DNA of 64,000 bases from assembly GCA_964016885.1 (NCBI GenBank), contig OZ024740.1, positions 314,836,001-314,900,000 of the forward strand, written 5' to 3'. Shown one piece after another: positions 57,317 to 64,000 of the stretch. Under the pieces are notes generated by a model. That model was not told the DNA's origin. It was given only the letters and a program-made list of their open reading frames with translations, and searched no databases. The DNA is from Eledone cirrhosa. Lineage: Eukaryota. How positions within the stretch are numbered: the stretch's first letter is position 1; each line of letters begins with the position of its first letter. Position numbers and translations under genes: made by a program.

Positions 57317-57691
57317 TATATATATATATCATTTTGAGTCCCCTTTTCATGGTAGCATAAGCCAGGTAGGTCATCATGGTAGTTCCTCTCTGGAGTTACT
57401 GCCTACCTAGACATGTCAAGTGACCACATCTCATTGAGTGTTTTATTATTTTCAAATTAGATGCTCTTTCTAACACCAACTATTTAACAGTGTACTGGTG
57501 TATTTTATCATGGCACCAGCAGTAGAGTGGTTGTCAAGTTTTCGACAAGATGAAAAAGGCTTCTCTACTCTATGTCATTTCTGTTCAATCACCAACCACT
57601 TTACAAAGTGTGCGAAGTGTATCTTATTATGGCACCAACACCACAGAGGTTGCCTTGTCTCATGCATGACTAAAGAGCTGTCTCCACTCTT

Positions 57692-57726
<35 letters not shown>

Positions 57727-58745
57727 AATTATTGTGTACAGTGCTCAGGTACACTACAACTCATCAAAGGTGCATGTATAGTACATAGAATAATGTACAA
57801 ATGTCAGGAAAATGAACAGTGTATGAGTCATGATATAATAATAATAACAATAATGAAATATTGTGTACAGTGCCCAGGTGCACCACAACTCATCAAAAAA
57901 AGTGCATGTACAGTACATAGGGCAATGCACAAACATCAGTAAAATGAACAGTGCACGAGTCATGATACACACATGTGTGCATGTGTATGGAAGGGGTACA
58001 TCAGGTGTAGTTTTGGCGTATTTCGGGAAGCATGAGTGTCTTAAAGGATGCAGTGTCTCGGCAGCTAACAATTGACGCAGGCAGTTTGTTCCATGCTTCA
58101 GCAACTCTGAGCGTGAAAAAATGTCTACGAAAGTCATGGGAGCTGTGCTGTTTTCTGATCTTGTAGGCATGTCCACGTGTGTTAGACACATGGAGATCAA
58201 AGAGGCGCTTAGGGTTGCAATTGCCGAGATGGTTAAAAACTTTGTGGGTATTCACCAAGTCCATTGCCAGACGTCAGAGCTTCAATGAATCCATGCCCAG
58301 GGAAGCAAGGCGTTCAGAGTATGGTAGGTGTCTGATGGAGGGTATGCGCTTGGTTGCACGTCTCTGAACAGTTTCCAGGAGGTCAATGTTCTGAGCAAGA
58401 TAGGGGTTCCAGACTGATGATGCGAATTCCAAGTGTGGTCGTAACATAGCTGTATACAGTTTTAAATAGATGGCTGGAGAGCGGCTAACAAAGGTCTTGC
58501 TGAGTGATGCCAAGACACCCTCGGCCTTTTTGACAATCTTAGAGACATGCTTCGTCCAACGCAAATCGTTGCTGACAGTAATGCCCAGGTCACGTTCACA
58601 AGAGGACTTTTTGATATCAGTGTTGTGGAGGGAGTATGTGGACGCTGGATTTTTCCTTCCAAAATGCATGGTGGTACACTTGTCCACAGCCAGCTTCAGT
58701 TGCCAGTCTGTGATCCATTGCTGCATTGTGTCCAGGTCTGATTGT
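57692..58745 (-). mobile_element. CR1-clade LINE 3' end (RT C-terminus, 3' UTR, (TTA)n tail)
   Basis: LQSDLDTMQQW..KC..MHFG..ERDLGITVSNDL.W..LKLY..RPHLEFASSVWNPY..VQRRATK; FFTLRVAEAWNKLP. Confidence 0.88.
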
Positions 58746-59859
58746 AGGAAAGAGTTATGTGTGCAAGAGTGTGATTTCAAGGGGAGTAAGATGTTGAATG
58801 AGAAGGGAGTATGGATGAATGTCAAGGGGGAAACAGTATGATAGGACGGTAGGGGAGGAATAGAGACAGTGGTAGCTGTATACTGTATGTTGGTAGTTGG
58901 TAGAAAGTGAAGCAATAGGGATATGTTATGGGGGGGGGGGGCTAGTGATGGATAGCAGCAGAGAAGTAGGGAATAATAAGTAAGAGTCCCATGGGAGAGA
59001 GAAAGTGATGGTTAGCAATGAAGAGTGATAATATCGAATATAGACTGGAGTGATGAGTGATGGATAACAAGTAATTGTAAGTGAGAGTATTAAATGTCAA
59101 TGAAGAGCCTCAAGATGGATATATAGATAGAATGATGATTGGTGGTACTGAATAAAGGCAGATATGTTGCCATCCTTCATTATATAAATATTGTGGTTAG
59201 AGTTAAATGTAGAGGTAGGGGGGATGATGGGGAGAGAGAGATAGGGTGATGATGATAGTGGGTGATGGTATGGTTGTAGAAGGATGACAGAGATGGGGAG
59301 AGAATGATAAGATAATCAGTGATTGTGTAAGGGTAGAGGGATGAAGGAAAGAGAGAGAGAGATAGAGCATGATAGTGTAGTGTTAGAGGGAAGAAGGAGA
59401 GAGAAAAGGGTAAAGTGATAATTGAGGGAGTTGTATACAAACAGATCAAATGGTCCCTCGTTACTTAGTATGGTGCAGTGAATGGGATAGATGATTGTGG
59501 CAGAGAGTTGATGGTAAAATATATAGAGTGATAATGATTTCTTTATTTAATAATAATGATTTCTTTATTTAGAGTGATAATGATAATAAAATGCTTTCTC
59601 ATGTGACTTAAGTCTGCATGATACACTATATATGGCACTAGATGAAGGCTTAACAGAGGTGTAGTATGTAAGAAGCCTTACTCTTGAGAAAGATACAAAC
59701 ATTGCATATTCCCACTGCCTATATAAAAAATGATTATTACATTAACACCTCAGCTGAAAAAGAAAGAAATATTTGCTATAGTTTGCTATAGGTAGACAAT
59801 AAATAGTTTTCATTGGAATTCTTTTTATTCTTTTCTACAGAGCTTCACCACTTACAAAA

Positions 59860-60523
59860 ATGGCTGATATTGATGAGAAGGAACTAAACTCCTTGGTTCT
59901 CCCTTTTATGTTGCCTACTACACCATTTCAGGCAAAGAAAATGTCATTGGATGTTGTTACCTCATACTCTGAACATGACATTGGTAAAAAAATTATTTCA
60001 AAACCAGAAACATTGACGAACTTAATGGCATTAACTGAAGATTCTGATCAGGACGTTTCAAAACAATCATTCACTATTTTAATTAATATTCTTGCTGATA
60101 CTGATATTGCTGAAAGATTCTTGAATATTCCAGAAGCTAAATCATTTGGACTGAAAGCTTTTGATAACATTTCTGATAGAGAATTTGAGTCTGCTGACAT
60201 GATGTGTATGTTATTGTCTAATGTGACCCGAAGTGAGCAGTGTGCTGCCATTGTAACTAAATGGTTTCCTGAAGACAAAATAAGTAGTGTTGTTGAAAAA
60301 ATAGTGTTGGCTTTGGTGCAGCTAAAATACAACAAGAACTGTTATTTGCATTATTTAGCTCCTGTCTTGTGTAACTTGTCACAAATTTCACAAGTTCGTG
60401 GAATATTACTTGATAAAAAAAGTCAACTAATCACTAAACTTATACCATTCCTGTCTTTTGAGAAGTCTACAATCAGAAGGAAAGGTTGTGCTGGTGTTAT
60501 AAAGAATTGTTGCTTTGACCCAA
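59860..60523 (+). CDS. HGH1: First coding exon of an HGH1 homolog (FAM203A; eEF2 co-chaperone, armadillo-like)
   Basis: Acceptor ttttctacag at 59840, ATG at 59860; CMLLSNVTR, YNKNCYLHYLAPVLCNLSQ, RRKGCAGVIKNCCFD; donor CAA|gtaagt at 60523/60524. The ORF tail beyond this point is intron. Confidence 0.85.
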
Positions 60524-61829
60524 GTAAGTTATATTTTTATTGGATGAACTTATTGTATGTTGTTTCTTGTTCATCATCAATCTTACCACTACCACCAAAC
60601 CACCACTGCTATCACCACTACCACCACCACCACCACCACCAAACCACCAGCACCAATCTCACCACCATCACCAAACCACCACTCACCACCACCACCACCA
60701 CTACATCTAAGACTTTTATGTCAAGCTGTAACAGATCATCGTCATCCTCCATTTCATATGCCAATGTAATTATACAAATGAAGTGTAAATTTTACAATCT
60801 AGCATCACAGGCTACTTCTGTAGTAGTATATATATAAATAGAATGATGATTGGTGGTAGAGGTTGGTGGCACTGAATAAAGGCAGATCTGTTGCCATACT
60901 TCATTATATAGACATGGTTAGAGTTAAATATGTGTGTGTGGATCTGTAACTGTTGGTGCTGTAGTGACCTACTTGGGCATTTTTTATATCTGGCAGAACC
61001 CATCTACTGAATACAGCTGATTTCTTCCAGAGAAAAGGAGAAAGAAAGATATAGAGTAAAGGTTCTCAACGGGGGCGTTTGAAACTTTGAGGGCGCTAGA
61101 AGCCCTTTTAGTTTGGTAAGCTTTATAAGCCATATTTGTACGTCTCTTAGACAGTGATTTGAATGAAGAAAACAAACAAAATAAATTAAAGAAGCTTGTC
61201 AACGAATTCCCTAGGGAGATAAAAGAAAATCAAAAGAAATCGAAGAGAATGAAAGTAAGGACTACTTCAACAGAAATGACAAAAAGAAGCAATGGTGGTG
61301 AACATACACACACATACATACATACACACACACATATATACACATGCATACACACACACACACATATATATACACACAGGCCGGCGTTAGTGTTTGATGA
61401 AGTTGAGAGCCTGGTCAGCTTTCAGCCAGAGGTGTGATATTTAAACTCCTTAGGTAATAAAACATGGCGACAAAAATTTTCTCCTTACCAAAAAAAGAAG
61501 ACATAGATCATATCAACATCCTTACACACTTAAGTATAAATGCATAGCTATATACAAATGTATGTATATATGTATGTATGTATGTAGATTTATATATATA
61601 TATGTATATATATATATATAAATCTACATACATATATATATATATATAAATATACATACATATATATATATATAAATCTACATACATACATATATATTAG
61701 TGGCGAAACGCGCGTCACCTATCAATAAATGCAATGAAGGAATAATCAATCGTCCTTCTTATCCTTTCTACATATATATATATATATATGTATATAATGA
61801 AATGATGATGATGATATATCATATCAATC

Positions 61830-62160
61830 ATCATCATTTTACGTCCACTTTTCCCTGCTTGCAAGGGTGGGACGAGAACTGATACTGGCTTGATTTCTAC
61901 AGCTGGATTCCCTTCCTAGCACCAACCTCATTTACAGTGAGTGCTGGGTGCTTTTTTGCCGTTGCACCTCCACAACCACTTTGCAGTGGAATGATAGGGA
62001 CCTCAGTCCCTATCATCTCATTTCTACAACTGAGTAAACTGGAGCAATGTGAAATAAAGTGTCTTGCTCAAGGAAACAACACATCAGCCGGTCCGAGAAT
62101 TGAACTCACAACCTTTCGATTGCAAGGCCAATGCTCTAACCACTAAGCCATATGCCTCCA
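61830..62160 (-). mobile_element. SINE S2 (full length)
   Basis: Same family as 57040-57316. Confidence 0.8.
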
Positions 62161-62321
62161 TTAATATATATATATACATATAAATCTACATACATACATA
62201 TATATATAAATCTACATACATACATTTATACATACATACATACATACATTTACGTATGTATATAGCTATGCATTTATACATTTGTATATATATACATGCA
62301 TTTATATTTAAGTGTGTAAGG

Positions 62322-62361
<40 letters not shown>

Positions 62362-62377
62362 ATAATATATATATTAT

Positions 62378-62411
<34 letters not shown>

Positions 62412-62701
62412 GCAGTGTGACAAGAAGCTTGTTTCCCAACCACATATTTCCGGGTTCAGTCCCACTGCCCAAGCCGACCAAAGCCCTGTGAGTGGATTTG
62501 ATAGATCGAAACTAAAAGAAGCCCGTCGTACATATGTATATATGTCTGTGTGTGTCTTTGCGTTTGTGTTTGCCCTCCCACCAATGCTTGTTGGTTTGTT
62601 GACGTCCCCATAACTTACCAAGGTGATGCTCCAGCATGGGCATAGTCCAGAGACAGAAAAAAAGTAAAATATATGTGTGTGTGTGTGTGTGTGTGTAGAA
62701 G

Positions 62702-63101
62702 AGGGGTCTCAAACTCAAGGACACAAAATGGCTAGTACGTCCTGGAGGAGAGGCACAGTGGGCCAAACGTGGTGGGTGAAAATTTTCACCAGTTATAATC
62801 ATTTCTACTATAGGAACAAGGCATGAAATTTTGGGTTTAGGGTTCAGTCGATTGCATCGATCCTAGTACACAACTGGTACTTAATTCATCGACCCCAAAA
62901 GGATGTAAGGCAAAGTTGAGATCGGCGGAATTTGAACTCAGAACATAAAAACGGAAGAAGTACCGTTAAGCATTTCGCCAGATGTGCTAACGATTCCACC
63001 AGCTCGCCGCCTTATTTTCACCAGTTATAATGCGATATGAAATATTGGTTCTACCACGGGCCACAGATAAGTAGTTCGCGGGCCGCATGTGTGAGCCCCC
63101 T
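62702..63101. mobile_element. hAT-type MITE with a nested diverged S1-like SINE (about 62800-63013)
   Basis: aggggtctcaaactc ... gcgggccgcatgtgtgagccccct. The SINE is flanked by the 18-bp TSD attttcaccagttataat. Confidence 0.7.
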
Positions 63102-63109
63102 ATTTGGAG

Positions 63110-63680
63110 ATAAATAGATATATTTCTTTATTAGCCACAGGGGCACAAAAGAAGGGGACAAATACAAAGGGGGGAGTTTACATACAATAAAAACGTGTAA
63201 AATGTTATCACAGATGGAATTTAAAAGTTAGTCGATTTTCCCCAATAGAGGGAGACAGTTTATATGGGTAACACAGACCCCCGAAAAAAATGTGCAACCC
63301 TCATCTCCAGGAGTACGAAGAGCTTGTACTCCTTTCCTCTCCTCCTCCTTTTCCTCAACCTACAGGCTGATATAGAGAGAAGGCCCATTCACTCGGGCCA
63401 TTCTCGCCACTTTCACCCACCTTTCATAAAACTTGCTGGGGTACAGCACCTCTCTCTCCATCCTGATTCTTCTTCCAAAGTGGTATTTGAAAAAAAGAAT
63501 CAGTTGTTGGCCGGAGAGAAAGGTGTCTGACCTCAGCCCTTTCAACCTTGTCCACCATACAACCTCTTTCGCCATAGCTATCACACAAAGGAAAACCGCC
63601 TCTCCTTCGTTTTTGAAGGAGGGTGGCGGTTTGATCATGACAATGGACTCGGTGGTCAACTGGATTGGTCCCACCCGGAG
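63110..63680 (-). mobile_element. L1/Tx1-like LINE 3' end
   Basis: RVGPIQLTTESIV..AMAKEVVWWTR..FFKYHFGRRIRMERE..FYERW. Confidence 0.65.
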
Positions 63681-63792
63681 ATAAATAGATAGATAGATAG
63701 ATAGATAGACGTATACCAAACACACACACACATTTCTTACTCTCTCTTTCTCCATTTATATATATATATATATATAGATATATATATATAGA

Positions 63793-64000
63793 TGGAGGCA
63801 CATGTCTTAGTGGTTAGAGCATTGGCCTTGCAATCGAAAGGCTGTGAGTTCAATTCTCAGACCGGGTGATGTGTTGTTTCCTTGAGCAAGAGACTTTATT
63901 TCACAGTGCTCCAGTTTACTCAGCTGTAGAAATGAGATGATAGGGACTGGGGTCCATATCATTCCACTGCAAAGTGGTCGTGGAGGTGCCACGGCAAAAA
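63793..64000 (+). mobile_element. SINE S2 (runs off the window end)
   Basis: ggaggcacatgtcttagtggttagagcattgg...gagttcaattctc. Confidence 0.8.

Noticed and set aside
60524-60837. His/Thr-rich C-terminus of the 325-aa ORF
   Set aside because: It is intron read-through after a strong gtaagt donor and consists of (CAC)n repeat.

Overview
AT-rich eukaryotic animal DNA, most likely an octopus/cephalopod genome judging by the SINE and microsatellite content (inference). There are only two host-gene fragments: the terminal exon of a fibrinogen-related-domain (FReD) gene (35969-36600) and the first coding exon of an HGH1/FAM203A homolog (59860-60523). The rest is (TA)n/(TG)n/(TATG)n microsatellite, tRNA-derived SINEs, decayed LINEs (CRE, R4/Dong-like, RTE, CR1, Tx1), a DD37D Tc1/mariner, MITEs and a small non-autonomous LTR element. 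Almost all long ORFs in the track are microsatellite artefacts. The main hidden signal is about 16 minimal type I hammerhead-ribozyme motifs (CTGAnGA...GAAA...UH) in six sequence families. Some sit in the terminal repeats of three decayed Penelope-like elements (YRDD RT + GIY-YIG). Many others occur as sense/antisense pairs in non-coding fold-back palindromes next to (TA)n tracts, and some of those palindromes have copied neighbouring DNA. All structures were paired by eye, and coordinates are approximate to a few bases.
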